A stretch of 64,000 nt of DNA from Octopus vulgaris (Eukaryota), in assembly GCA_951406725.2 (NCBI GenBank), contig OX597826.1, forward strand, positions 71,052,001-71,116,000, read 5' to 3'. The translations under genes and the position numbers were made by a program. The notes beneath the pieces are model-generated. The model was not told the origin of the DNA and ran no database searches. It saw nothing but the letters and a program-made list of their open reading frames with translations. Positions 28,010 through 41,527 of this stretch are shown here, in pieces (the stretch's first letter is position 1; every line of letters begins with the position of its first letter).

Positions 28010-28196
28010 AGCTCAGGGGTGGGGATAAGTCGATTACATCGACCCCAGTGTGCAACTGGTACTTATCTTATCGACACCAAAAGGATGAGAGACGAAGTCG
28101 ACCACTGCGAAATTTGAACTCAGAACATAAAGAGGGATGAAATGCCGCTAAGCATTTTATTTTTTGCGTGCTAACGATTCTGCCAGCTCGCCGCCT
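28010..28196 (-). mobile_element. SINE family B
   Basis: Match to 7572-7803. Confidence 0.85.
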
Positions 28197-28308
28197 TAAC
28201 ACAATAAATAATTGAATAACAAATGAAAAGCATTTTCGTAATCGCTTTAGCTTAAACCTGTTTCTGTAATGTCCCACTGTCGCCAGCCCTGAGTGCACCG
28301 TTCCTTAC

Positions 28309-28374
28309 TGTAGGTATCTGGACGTAAGCAGTAATGCACATCGTTTTATTCAGAAAGGCGTAGGACGTGTGTTT
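28309..28374 (-). CDS. candidate exon 3 of a small minus-strand gene
   Basis: Acceptor gtttcag, donor gtaagg; phase-1 continuation gives QTHVLRLSE*. Confidence 0.3.
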
Positions 28375-28392
28375 CTGAAACTGTCTATAAAG

Positions 28393-28457
<65 letters not shown>

Positions 28458-28459
<2 letters not shown>

Positions 28460-28680
28460 CTTTATAAATAGGGTTCAGCAACGATTTGCTTCACCACATA
28501 CCGAAGTTTAGAAATAGCAGTAAAAAAATCTTAGCTATTCCTTCTACTTTAAAAGGGGTTCCCTTGTTTTTTCTGGGAGCCCCTTTTAAAGTAGAAGGAA
28601 TAGCTAAGATTTTTTGACTGCTATTTCTAAACTTCGGTATGTGGTGAAGCAAATCGTTGCTGAACCCTATTTATAAAGTA
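28458..28680. repeat. near-perfect palindrome, 106-bp arms, 11-nt loop
   Basis: 28458-28563 vs 28575-28680, two mismatches seen. Confidence 0.95.
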
Positions 28681-28772
28681 TTACTTAAGCTTACCATGAA
28701 ATGGTCTTTTCATGCCGAATTCTGCTTGGTGAAATTACTGATTACTTCTTAATTGATTAATTTCACCCTTTG

Positions 28773-28835
<63 letters not shown>

Positions 28836-28839
<4 letters not shown>

Positions 28840-29016
28840 CCCCTACACGCAATTTTTTTCTCTCCTTGTTTCTTTTCTGTGTATCTTTCTGTCGAAGAGC
28901 GTAGGCTCGAAACGTAAAAGATTTGTTTTATTTCTATTCCTGAGCGCCATACTAATACATTGTTTGTTTGTACTCCACCTCCCTTCGTCTTTTGTTTATT
29001 TTCGTAAACCTTCCCG

Positions 29017-29018
<2 letters not shown>
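28836..29018 (+). mobile_element. family H1 element with hammerhead motif at 28884-28921
   Basis: tcttt-CTGTCGA-a-GAGC gtag GCTC-GAAACGTA-aaaga; flanked by (TA)n. Confidence 0.8.
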
Positions 29019-29080
<62 letters not shown>

Positions 29081-29085
29081 CATGT

Positions 29086-29183
<98 letters not shown>

Positions 29184-29337
29184 CATGTATATATAACCTA
29201 TATATTCAATATATATATATATAATCTATATATTCAATATATATATATTCAGTTAGGCATTGCGATACTAATGCTCTGGTGTAGAACTCAATATACGTGT
29301 GTTTCAAACCAAAATGTTAGATGAATATACAACGCTA

Positions 29338-29735
29338 AGAAAAAGAGATGACATAGGAAAAAGCAATGGTTATGTTATGAGCTTCATTAGCTCACAGCTG
29401 TTTCTGCTGTAAGATACAGTAGACTCGTAGCTGAGTGCCTGACTAACATCCTAAAGCTTCATCGGAGCTTGAAATATGAAGTGTAACTTATTTGGGAAAA
29501 ACAGAATTGCATTTCTGCAATATGCATGGAAGGCATTACCAGTGAGACAGTCATTGTGGATTTATATACATTTTCCTAAATAAAGTACACTTCATATTCG
29601 AAGCTCCGATAAAGCTACAAGATGTTAGTCAGACACTCTCCTACGAGTCCACTGCATCTTAGGGCTGAAACGGCTATAAACTAATGAAGTTCTTGACATA
29701 ACCATTGTTTTTCTTGTGTCATGACTTTTTCTCAT
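29338..29735. repeat. diverged fold-back with a decayed hammerhead in each arm
   Basis: Arms ~29338-29500 and ~29571-29735; minus motif 29389-29469 (agct-CCGATGA...GAAACAGCTGT), plus motif 29602-29682. Confidence 0.8.
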
Positions 29736-29738
29736 ATA

Positions 29739-31005
29739 TCAGGTCATCCTATAAGTTCTGTCCGATTTTACCTTTTTTAAAATTGAACGAAATTTAAAAG
29801 TATTTTAGAATGTCTAATGGAATTTAAAATTATTTTTATGCATTTGTGTACATTTAAACTAATTAAATATTATTTTACAGAAAAATAGATTTAAAATCTC
29901 TTTGATTAAAAGCCTTTCTAACATGGAAGTATCCAAAGAGTATTTGAGGCACATAATGCTTTATGAGTACAAAAAACTCTGCAGCCGAAGCGACTCAAAA
30001 CATACACTCAGTTTATGGGAAAGAATGCTTGAATGAAAGAACTTGCAGAAGATGGTTTGCAAAATTCAGAAGTGGAGATTTCAGCCTTGAAGATGAAGAT
30101 CGAACAGGACATCCAGTTGAGTTTGATGATAAGCTCCTTGAAAATCCTGCATTATCAGTTGAAGAATTGACAATAAAGCTTAGTTCAAACCATACAGCTG
30201 TTCATCGTCATCTTCAATAACTTGGAAAGGTTCCTCAACTTGGAAAATGGGTGCCTCATGAATTGTCCGAAAGCAACTGCAAATCCCGAGTTGACATCTG
30301 CTCTCTCTCCATTCTCGCGAACTCATTTCACCCTTTTTGGATAGACTTGTGACTGGTGATGAAAAATGGATCTTCTATCGAAATGTTAAACGTCGTAAAC
30401 AGTGGCTTGGTAAAAGGGAAAATGCTCAACCACAACCGAGAAGGGAACTTCATGGAAAAAAGGTTCTGCTCTCTATCGTGTGAGATTGCAAAGAAGTAAT
30501 TCACTTTGAATTGTTACTACCCAATGCAACAATCAATGAGCAAGTCTACTGTCAGCAATTATAGCGTTTGAACCAAACTTTGAAGAAAAAAAAGACTCGC
30601 TTTTGTAAATCGAAAAGGTGTGATGTTTTTTTAGAACATTGCACGACCCCAGACTGCAAAGATCACATAATAGAAGATCGAAGAGCATGGTTGGGGAAAA
30701 TTCCTCATCCACCTTATTCTCCCGACCTTGCTCCTTCAGGATACCATTTGTTTCGTAGTTTACAGAATCATTTGGGGGACATAACTTTCGCAAGCCAGGA
30801 GGAGGTCGAAACTGACATTTCAGAGTTCTTTGCTTTGAAACCAAAAGAGTTTTACATTGATCGGATTAAAAAGCTTGTAAATAGATGGAAGGAGGTCATA
30901 GATAATCAAGGGAACTACATTGATGACTAAATTTAAAGTAAATATAACATTTGATCCCTTGTTTTCTTTATACAAAATTCGGACAAAACTTATGGGATGA
31001 CATGA
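29739..31005 (+). mobile_element. full-length mariner transposon, ~31-bp TIRs, TA target duplication
   Basis: TA|tcaggtcatcctataagttctgtccga ... tcggacaaaacttatgggatgacatga|TA. Confidence 0.95.
29923..30930 (+). pseudogene. mariner transposase pseudogene
   Basis: MEVSKEYLRHIML, WVPHEL, TGDEKW and HPPYSPDLAPSGYHLF motifs with several stops and frameshifts. Confidence 0.95.
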
Positions 31006-31052
31006 TATATGAATATATATATAATAATATAAATATATGCATATATACATAC

Positions 31053-31153
<101 letters not shown>

Positions 31154-31318
31154 TATGCATATATCTGAAGGGATGAATATAAATTGCCTACATTTGATCT
31201 TTGGCTTGGAAATAATTACTCCCATGTGAACATGCATCTGTGTGTCTGTGTGTCTGTGTCTGTGTATGTGTCTGTATATGTGCTTGTGTCTGTATGAGTG
31301 CGCATGTGTTGTACGTAC

Positions 31319-31367
31319 GAACAGCTTCGTTCAGCTGACCCATTGGTCCCTCAAATACGTCAATGAA
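31319..31367 (-). CDS. putative 49-nt exon 2 (FIDVFEGPMGQLNEAV)
   Basis: Acceptor tattttcattcttttcag, donor gtacgt; the only open frame is the one predicted from the upstream exon. Confidence 0.5.
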
Positions 31368-31456
31368 CTGAAAAAGAATGAAAATACAGTGGCCGATTGT
31401 TAGCTCGCTATAGACCGTCGGTCGTCGTCTGCCATGCGTCAGAGATGTATCCTTAC

Positions 31457-31624
31457 AAATTCCGAACAACAACAGAGACGCTTGCCGGCAAATAGAAATT
31501 GATCAATTACTTCGCTCGTTTTATTCAGGACCATGCTTGGATAACGAATAAAGTGGAGTTTCTCCGAAGAGCTGAATTTGAAGCACTTTGACCCGGTATT
31601 AAATGCTTGCACTTTGTCTGACAT
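31457..31624 (-). CDS. putative coding exon 1 of a small protein, weakly BTB/POZ-like
   Basis: ATG with an in-frame upstream stop, 56 codons, donor gtaagg, 89-nt intron with gctaac branch site. Confidence 0.45.
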
Positions 31625-32090
31625 TGCACATGAAATATTAACGATGACTTAATTTGTAAGTGCTGTGACGTTCTTCAGCAAATGTTAACAGTGTGTACAG
31701 AGTACTGTGCGAACTACTTTTGAAAGAATCTTCTCTTAGCCCTATATAGGTTCATGTAATGCTAGTTGAGACATTGGTACAGTATAAAATGTTTTTATTT
31801 CAGTACATTTTTCCTATTTGGGAGCAAAATCTATATCTCAGTAACTGTATTTCGGACTTGTCTGCTTTACGTTTGCTTTGAATATTTCTTTTTTTTTATC
31901 GTGGTCTTTGGTACAGCCATTTCATTTCTTTCTAATTCGTAAATGTGTATAACTGACCGAAAGACTTCGATGGAAACTACAATTCGAATTGTAATTGCAG
32001 TTATATACATGTAGAGAGAAGGGGAAGAAACAGAGATAGAGAGTCAGAAAGACAGACAAACAAACAGACAGACAGACTGACAGACATGTG

Positions 32091-32150
<60 letters not shown>

Positions 32151-32250
32151 TACTTCTTTTGAACCTTTGCCATATGTGTGTGCATGTGTGTGTATGTGTG
32201 TGTGAATATATATATATGTATATATATATACACACACGCATACATGTATA

Positions 32251-32281
<31 letters not shown>

Positions 32282-32334
32282 GTATATTTATGTGTGTGTG
32301 TATGTGTATATGTGTACATATACATATATATATA

Positions 32335-32385
<51 letters not shown>

Positions 32386-32654
32386 TTACATTTATTCAAA
32401 CTCATCGTAAATAACAAATTTACTGGCGTAATGGTTATTAAAACTTTGCCTGGCTGTTTGAGAGCAATGCTCCAGTAACTTCACAAAATGGACAAACAAT
32501 CTGAAAAAGAAAATGAATAGAAAAAAATTCATTTATATTTTGAGCGTTGATCATGTTTAGTTTAAATAATGTCTACGATTTTTCAGTGGATATGGTTATT
32601 GACCAGCATATGGTTATTGGAGGAGAATATCTTAATTCAAAATTAGTCGTTGTT

Positions 32655-33035
32655 GTTTGTTTGTTTGTTGGGCGAAGCGGTCTTCGTCCCAGTACTCGCA
32701 GTGGGAGAAGTCCGAACCGTGATCCTTTGCTATTCGTAAAACCCGCAGAAGAGAAAACAGGTCAACCCCCCGACACGGAGAGCATCGACGGATGGATGAA
32801 TGCGCATCCAGGCTCAGCGGTTGTGTAGGAAGTTGGGGACAAGAAACAGGAAGAAAGAGTGAGAGAAAGTTGGAGCGAAATAGTAAAACAAGGGCCGCCA
32901 CCACCCCCTGCCAGAGCCTCGTGGAGCTTTAGGTGTTTTCGCTCAATAAACACATACAACGCCCGGTCTGGGAATCGAAACCGCGATCCTCCGACCACGA
33001 GTCCGCTGCCCTTACCACTGGGCCATTGCGCTCCC
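32655..33035 (-). mobile_element. SINE family C with tail type 3, ending in (CAAA)n
   Basis: tRNA-like head gcgcaatggcccagtgg...ggtttcgattccc and shared body. Confidence 0.85.
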
Positions 33036-33041
33036 ACTGAG

Positions 33042-33073
<32 letters not shown>

Positions 33074-33678
33074 GGCTTCTGATGTGGTTGTTGTTTCAGT
33101 TGCACTCGTCGCCATTTTGTTATTGCATAATTTCAGTTAAAACCTGATACAACATAATTATGATCACACGTTTATTAATTATGACTAGCTTCTCTTTTAC
33201 GCGACTCAAACGTATCTATGTACCACGCTATCCGAATCTTTCTTCCTTTACGTCGTCCAGCAACAGATTAGTTCTGACTGAGCAGACTCGTGATCAAAGT
33301 TGTTCCATGCATAACCATACTTTCATTAATCGAAAATTAGTTTACCTAGAAGTACATTATCCAGTGTGCACTTCCTTAATGTTTTCCGCTTTGCTTTGTG
33401 TTTTTGCTTTTGTGTTTTCTGTTTTGTTTTTGTTTTTTTAGCTCTGGATAACGTAAAGAGCTGACAAAAACGATTGTCAGACGCGCTAACGATTCTGCTA
33501 GGTCACCACCTTCAATGATTTTAAATTTTTGCACAAGGCCAGGAATTTTAGGAAGAGGGGAAATCGATTATGTTGGTCCTTGTGCTCACCTGATGCTTGT
33601 TTTATCGATCCCGAAGGAATGAAGGGCACTGGTCTCTCTTGAAGAGTTGTGGTCGTGTGGTAAGAAGCTTGCTTCCCA

Positions 33679-34080
33679 AGGCGGCGAGCTGGCAGAAACG
33701 TTAGCACGCCGGGCGAAATGCTGAACGGTATTTCGTCTGCCGTTACGTTCTGAGTTCAAATTTGCCTTTCATCCTTTCGGGGTCGATTAAATAAGTTCCA
33801 GTTACGCACTGTGGTCGATATAATTGACTTAATCCGTTTATCTGTCCTTGTTTGTCCCTTCTGTGTTTAGCCCTTTGTGGGTAGTAAAGAAATAGGTATT
33901 TCATCTGCCGCAGCATTCTGAGTTCAAATTCCGCCGAGGTCGACTTTGCCTTTCATCCTTTCGGGGTCGATAAATTAAGTACCAGTTACGCACTAGGGTC
34001 GATGTAATTGACTTAATCCCTTTGTCTGTCCTTGTTTGTCTCCTCTATGTTTAGCCCCTTGTGGGCAATAAAGAAATAAG
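33679..34080 (+). mobile_element. SINE B head plus two tandem body/tail units
   Basis: Unit restarts at aaata|ggtatttc. Confidence 0.85.
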
Positions 34081-34186
34081 AAACTCGCTTCCCGACCAGA
34101 TGGTTTGGGGTTCAGTCTCACTGCGTGGCACTTTAGGCAACTTTCTTCTGCTATAGCCTCGGACTGACCAAAGCCTTGTGTGTGTG

Positions 34187-34268
<82 letters not shown>

Positions 34269-34752
34269 ACATATACTTATGGCATTTTTTTCGACACTCT
34301 GTCTCTTTGTGTTCTGAGTTCAAATCCATTATATATCGGCGAGACCATTTAAGATATTATACGCGCGCGGTCCACCCTTGTATGAGTCTGTGCTTAAGTT
34401 TACAGTCTAAAATCTCGTGTAGATGATGATGTGTCACTTCAGGTTCCGTAAACCAGTGGTTCAGCAAATAGCTACCGATAAAATTCATATCAAACTAAAA
34501 ATATGCACTGAAGTCGATACGGCCCAGCATGACCGCAATCACACGGCTGATGCCCAGCAAAAGAATAAAGATTAAAGAATAAAAGAATAGTACTTTGTCG
34601 ATTCAATCAACCATATTTTCTACTTCCATTGTCAAGTACTGGGTTTTGGCTTCACTCAAAACGAAATTTATATTTGTGTGTGTTCATGTTTGTTTGTGTG
34701 TGTATTGGTGTGTTGGTGTGTGTGTGTGTATATTTGTGTGTTTGTATGTATG

Positions 34753-34784
<32 letters not shown>

Positions 34785-35833
34785 AATGTATGTGTGCTTG
34801 TATGTCTATGCTTGTATGTATATGAATGTAAATCATGAATATGCCCATACGTATAACCGTCTTTCTATAATGTGTGTTCACCTGTAATTGTGTGGGAGAG
34901 ATTGCCTGCATGTATACGTATGCGTGTCTCAGTGTGTCTGTTTATGCTTGTGTATACCTGTGTACGTCTGAGGGTGCAGAGGTCTGTGCTTGTGTCTAAA
35001 CACATTCTTCTAGCGTTGAACGCTGTTTAGTAGAGAGAAATAATTATTCCCCGATAATTATATATTTCTTCAAAATAATTTCCGCTCTATTCTACTCCAA
35101 TCCCAATATAACATCACATCAACAACAACATTCACAATAATTTCATCAACAACAACAACAATAACAATAATAACAGCAACATAAACATTAATAAAAAAAA
35201 GTATATAGCAAAAGGAATAACAAGAAAAAAAGTATTCTAAAACAGTAACAAAAAAAGTATCTAAAAAAGCAACAAAAAAGTATTCTAAAACAGCAATGCC
35301 AGGATTTTAATAGTAGAGCGCATGTATATTTAGATATTAATCTCATAGCATCATTAAAGTATATTGATTAGAAGCGGTTTTGATAGAGAAATAAGAATAC
35401 AAGGGTAATCGATTTATACATAAAACCTGGTCAAATGTGAATTCCAAAACATTCCGGCAAAACAGAAAATCAATTATACGTACAAATGATAGAGCCGCAG
35501 TTTCGTATTTTCGTAACCAATTTGTGTGTGTGCGTGTGTGTTTATGGGGGGGTGTATATCATTTGTTTATTTTACCTAGCAATTAGGGTACAAGAAAGTC
35601 TTTGTTGGGGGATTCTACGCCGCACTTAGAACCAACTACAGTTTAAATTTGATTTGATACTTACGTATATATATAGAATCCCGCCAATACTTGATGCCTT
35701 CATTGGTGTTTTACCTTACTGAAAATCCTAGGCTATTGTACCTAGCCATTTCTTGCGTCCAGCGTGTTCATGTGCCTGGATTCTATTAAATTGTATTACT
35801 AATTTATATACATACATACATATTTACATGTGT

Positions 35834-35884
<51 letters not shown>

Positions 35885-35913
35885 TGTGTAAAAAACGCAA
35901 ATGGGGAATAAAG

Positions 35914-36195
35914 TTTACGACAGCTGTTTCGATAAAATTTCATTGATGTATTTCTTAGCTTACATCATACCATACAAACCACTATCTTCAGATAAAATTT
36001 TAAACAGGTATCAGACAGGTGAGGTGATACCTTGACATGATGAATCCAACCAACATTGTTTGGATTCTTCATCATCAAGGTATTATCCCACCTGTTTGAT
36101 ACCTGTTTAAAATTTTACCTGAAGAAGGTAGATTATGTGCTATGATGTAATCTATAAATAAATCAGTAAATTCCTGTTGAAACAGCCGTCGTAAA
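35914..36195. repeat. fold-back with a hammerhead motif in each arm
   Basis: Minus 35914-35996 tttat-CTGAAGA...GAAAC agct GTC-gtaaa; plus 36114-36195 tttac-CTGAAGA...GAAAC agcc GTC-gtaaa. Confidence 0.85.
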
Positions 36196-36445
36196 TATTA
36201 AATACATTGTGTTCCTTATGTTATGCCTACGTCACACCGAGAAACAACTTTGAGTCGGGTTTACGGTTTAAATGGAATATGGCTCTTACATATCTACAAT
36301 ATCCTACCAACACACAATATCTTCGTGGTTGTTTTACCTCGCTGTGAACCCTATGTTATTCTACCTAGCCATTTCTGACGTCCCACACGTTGATTTGCCT
36401 AGATTCTAATGAATACTGTAACTAATCAATATGTGTGTGCGTGCA

Positions 36446-36507
<62 letters not shown>

Positions 36508-36553
36508 AAAATATATTCGAAAAAGATTTGAAAAAAAACAAACACCTGTGTTG

Positions 36554-36912
36554 TACTCTTTACTCTTTTACTCTTTTACTTGTTTCAGTCATTTGACTGT
36601 GGCCATACTGGAACACCGCCTTTAGTCGAGCAGATCGACCCCAGGACTTATTCTTTGTAAGCCTAGTACTTATTCTATCGGTTCTCTTTTGCCGAACCGC
36701 TAAGTTACGGGGACGTAAGCACACCAGCATCGGTTATCAAGCAATGTTGGGTGGGTGGGGACAAACACAGACGTACAAACATATACACACACTTACATAT
36801 ATAAACATATATACGACGGGCTTCTTTCAGTTTCCGTCTACCGAATCCACTCACAAGGCTTTGGTCGGCCCGAGGCTATAGTAGAAGACACTTGCCCAAG
36901 GGGTCACGCAGT
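36554..36912 (-). mobile_element. SINE family A, 5'-truncated
   Basis: Match to family A. Confidence 0.9.
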
Positions 36913-37148
36913 AGGGTGAAATTTCAAAAAATTACTTTTGAGGCAAAAATCGTTATTTCTGTTTTTGAAAGCATCATAAGGTACTGAGGAAATTGCGGAA
37001 AAATAACAACAAATATAACAAATAGGAATGGATCGTGTATTCAATACGCCCTTCCCAATTTCCTTCACTTTTTAACAGTAGTCATTAATATCCGATACAG
37101 CTGTTGTTTACTCGAATCTAGCTGTATTCTACAAGTGTGTGTGTGTGT

Positions 37149-37223
<75 letters not shown>

Positions 37224-38092
37224 TGCTGTTTCAGTAATCACTCTCAAATCTGTTCAGACTTTGTCCTATAAGTTATTTCAACCGTATCAGTTTCAACGTG
37301 CTTTTTGATATATTTTAAGAATGCTTCATTAGACTAATTTATCTAAAATAACAGAGTTGACTTAAATGCGAACTTAGGCCTTACTTCTTTATTACTGATT
37401 TGACTATTTTTGTCCCATTAGTATGTATTTTTGTTTGTTTGTGGCTGTTGTTTTTTGTTGTTTTTTTTTTTCTTGCTGCACCAATTACAATACGGTTTAC
37501 AGAGTTAGAGTTCTCCCATTGAGATCTTTTAAGAATGCTCAACGATACTGTCTTCTTAAATTACGAAGATGTGAGTATTAAAAAACAATATTGATTCTTA
37601 CTCTCTTTCCGATATGACCATACGCTTTCTTTTCCTTTTTTTTTTTCTGCTTCACCAATTTTGACGGGGTTTACCGAATTAGATTTCTCTCATTACGAAC
37701 ACGTTTGAAATAGTTAGTCATGTATATGGAGAAGAATGTGGTGGTAAAACTTTCTCTTTTTTTTAGCTGATAATCATCGTGTACTTGTGTTGTTGAAAAG
37801 AATTGAGTAGCCATTTTTTTTCTTTCAGGCAAGAGGTAAGAACATTGCCTACGACAAGTGGAACCGAGAGAAGTTATCCTCGAAACCGGGATAGATTCAC
37901 CCAAATGTATCCAACAACAGTATGGTGATGTCAAACTAAGTGATTGATTAAGTTCACTACCCAAGGTAGCTGTGCTGGGATTTGAACTCAGAAATCTAAG
38001 CACCGAAACAAATACCGCATGGCATCACGTCGCAAGGCTCAAACATTTCTGCTAGTCCTCTTCCCTAGAGTAGTACATTATTTATCTATTTC

Positions 38093-38507
38093 TATTTCTC
38101 TACTACCCACAAGGGGCTAAACACAGATAGGACAAACAAGGACAGACAAACGGATTAAATCGATTATATCGATCCCAGTGCGTAATTGGTACTTATTTAA
38201 TCGACCCCGAAAGGATGAAAGGCAAAGTCGACCTCGGCAGAATTTGAACTCAGAACATAGCGGCAGACGAAATACCTATTTCTTTACTACTCACAAGGGG
38301 CTAAACATAGAAGGGACAAACAAGAGCAGACAAACGGATTAACTCGATTATATCGACCCCAGTGCGTAACTGGTACTTATTTAATCGACCCCGAAAGGAT
38401 GAAAGGCAAAGTCGACCTCAGCGGAATTTGAACTCAGAACATAGCGGCAGACGAAATACTGCTAAGCAGTTTGCCCGGCGTGCTAACGTTTCTGCCAGCT
38501 CGCCGCC
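38093..38507 (-). mobile_element. SINE B head plus two tandem units
   Basis: Match to family B. Confidence 0.88.
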
Positions 38508-38689
38508 TTGTAGTACATTATTTATCAACTCTTGAAGAATGAGGGTAAAGTTGACCACGACGGAATTTGAACACAGAATGCAAGGGGCCCGAATATATAC
38601 TGCAATGTTTTGGGGTTTTTTGTTTTTGTTTTTTTGTTTCAGCTTCTAACGATTCTGCCGATTTGCCGTCAAGATTTCCTCTGAAAAAT

Positions 38690-38960
38690 GTCATGTTTGC
38701 ATTAATGGATATTTGAGAAATATCATTTCCTGGAGGCAATACAAGACACATAACCAGTGTGTAGGTTGATAATGCTGTTCGAGTAAAGTCAAAGAGAGAA
38801 ATGTGGTATTATCTGCATAGAACTGAATAGAGTTCTGTGTGGCAGCATGTGGATCGTCCTTGTGTAGAAAGAGCATAGGAGATATAACAGAAGCCAGATG
38901 TACATCAAAGACGACTGAGTGTGAGATGGAAGACAGCTATGTGCACTGCTGTGACATAAT
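38690..38960 (-). pseudogene. old LINE reverse transcriptase fragment (CR1/Jockey-like)
   Basis: SVISPMLFLHKDD...SIQFYADNTT resembles the GSVLSPxLFxxxINDL...YADD RT motifs. Confidence 0.55.
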
Positions 38961-39136
38961 CTCACGGGAAATTTCAAAAGATGAGAGATGTGTGGTGGCG
39001 TAGAGACACTAAGCAGATAACATAGCTGTTATTTTGTCACACCAGGCGCAATCGAATAAGTCGTTGATATATCAAGAGCAACAACATTGCTCTCGACAAA
39101 ATTCTCAAAAGTAAGCGATCTTCGATATATGACATA

Positions 39137-39634
39137 CCGTAAATCCTCGAGTATAGTCCGCCCTTGAGTATAATACGCATGGGATTTTTAGGGGGCTGTA
39201 CCTCTGAAAAACCTAAACCTTATGTATAATACACATGCCTTCTCTAACTTGAGTCAAGGAGGTCTGTATAACGTCCTTGGTTTGTAAAAATGTATACGGT
39301 AACGTCCTTTATTATTATTGTGTATATAACATAATGCAAACGTGTAGCTTTTTTGTGCATTTTGTTTGCAGAAAATAAAGAAATAACAGTAATAATGTTT
39401 AATAAATGTTGCTTACTGCAAGTGATGGATGATTCTTTTATGACTTCATTGCTTTCAGGCTTAGCTTAAGGTATTTTCGCACCCGACATCACAAAATGCG
39501 TTTGAATAAACATTGTCGGACAGCAAATAGAGACTCGGACATTGCTTAGAAAATATTTTTCATTTTTAACCTCGTATATAATACGCACTTTAAATTTTGG
39601 GGAAAATATGTGGATTATACTCGAGGATTTACGG
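39137..39634. mobile_element. Tc2/pogo-like MITE, ~25-bp TIRs, TA target duplication
   Basis: TA|ccgtaaatcctcgagtatagtcc ... ggattatactcgaggatttacgg|TA; subterminal tataatacgca repeats. Confidence 0.88.
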
Positions 39635-40371
39635 TATATAAGAAGTCAGTAAGGTGTGACAGAGGAATAAGTTGCCCGTAGACCTAGTTCTACGGAAACC
39701 GTGCTATTGGTTACTGAGAAGAGTAGAAAAAAAGAATCACATGGTAAAAAAGGAACTTTCTTACGACTGTTTCTGCCACCGTTCCACTGTCAAAAGTCAG
39801 GACGATAGGGGCTGTTGTTATCAGGGGCGGTTTTGTCCTTTACATTCTGAGTTCAAATCACACTGGAGTCTACTATGCTCTTCAACCCTCTGATATCAAT
39901 AAATCAAGTACCAGTAATGTAACCGGCGATCGATTCACTATACTTAATACTCAATACTCACTGCAAGCTTATTTCTCTTACTTGTTCCAATATGACAAAT
40001 GCAACAAATTGATATTAAGTATTGCCATGTGATGTCGAGTGAACGCAAAGCATCTCTCCGCCATAATTTTTTTTTTTTTCTCTTTCTCTTTCCCCTTCCC
40101 TCTCTTCCACATATCTCCCCCTTTCTCTCTATTCTCTCCCGCTCTCTCTCTCTCCCTCTCGTTCAGACAATTTTCATAAACCAACACTCAGCATGTGGTA
40201 ATGAAATTATTCTTTGGCGGACGAAAATCGTTTTGACTGTTTAATTAAGCGAATAGTCAAAATAAATGGAACCGGTGTGCCGTGCTGACTTCTGTAACTT
40301 TATTAAACATACGTACATACATGTGTGTGTGTGTGTGCATGTGTATATGTATTCATTCATACATACATACA

Positions 40372-40407
<36 letters not shown>

Positions 40408-41139
40408 TATACATATGTCTGTGTGTGTATATATTATTATTTTTATGTATATGCATAAAAATATACACACATATATATATAGATACATACACACATGCAC
40501 ATATACACGGGTACACATGGAACAATATATAAACACTCTTTCTCATTACACAGCAATATACGCACTGGCTTATTTTCCCTGTCCAAAGTAAATTCCAAAA
40601 TGTGAGTGCATCAGCATGAACGTCGGAGAGAGGGGAGAGGAAAGACAGAGAGATAGACAGAGAGAGGGGAGACAGACAGAAAGAAAGGAAAGAAAGAGGG
40701 AGAGAGATAGAGAGAGGGGGGAAAGAGAAAGAGAAGGGGAGAAAGAGAGAGGAACATTGATAGACAAAACATGATAAAATATGAAGGGAAATACCAGATT
40801 CCAAAATAAGACTCCATAACTGTCGACGTCAGAGAAGGTGGGAAAGTGTTGCAGAAAGAGATGAAGAGAGAGAGGGGGGGGAGAGAGAGATTCGCAGAAA
40901 GAGGGAAAGTGAGAGAAGCAGAGAGAGAGAGAGACCGGGAGAGGAAGACGCTTCTAGATGGAATGTTATATATCAAGCAAAATGCGACCAAGAAAATTAC
41001 GGAAAATTACGAAAATTGCCAAGACTCTAGAACGAAAAGGATACACTCACACACACACACACGCACACACAGACTTGCACACATACACACATGCACACAA
41101 ACACAGACTTGTACACATACACACACCCACTGGTATATA

Positions 41140-41218
<79 letters not shown>

Positions 41219-41219
41219 G

Positions 41220-41264
<45 letters not shown>

Positions 41265-41427
41265 GTGTGTGTGTGTGTGTTTGTGTAATCGTAAATACCT
41301 ACATATATATGTATATACATAATACATATGTGCGTACGTATGTGTATAACGTATACACCCAAACGTATAGATACATATACACATTTTCACACATTCCTTC
41401 AACCCCTTACACACTCACATACACACG

Positions 41428-41461
<34 letters not shown>

Positions 41462-41489
41462 CATATATTCATAAACGTATTCATACTTG

Positions 41490-41527
<38 letters not shown>

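Noticed and set aside
32960-33035. tRNA genes at SINE heads (also 43560-43650, 51470-51540, 52455-52530)
   Set aside because: A and B boxes are present, but no clean cloverleaf was seen, and most run into SINE bodies
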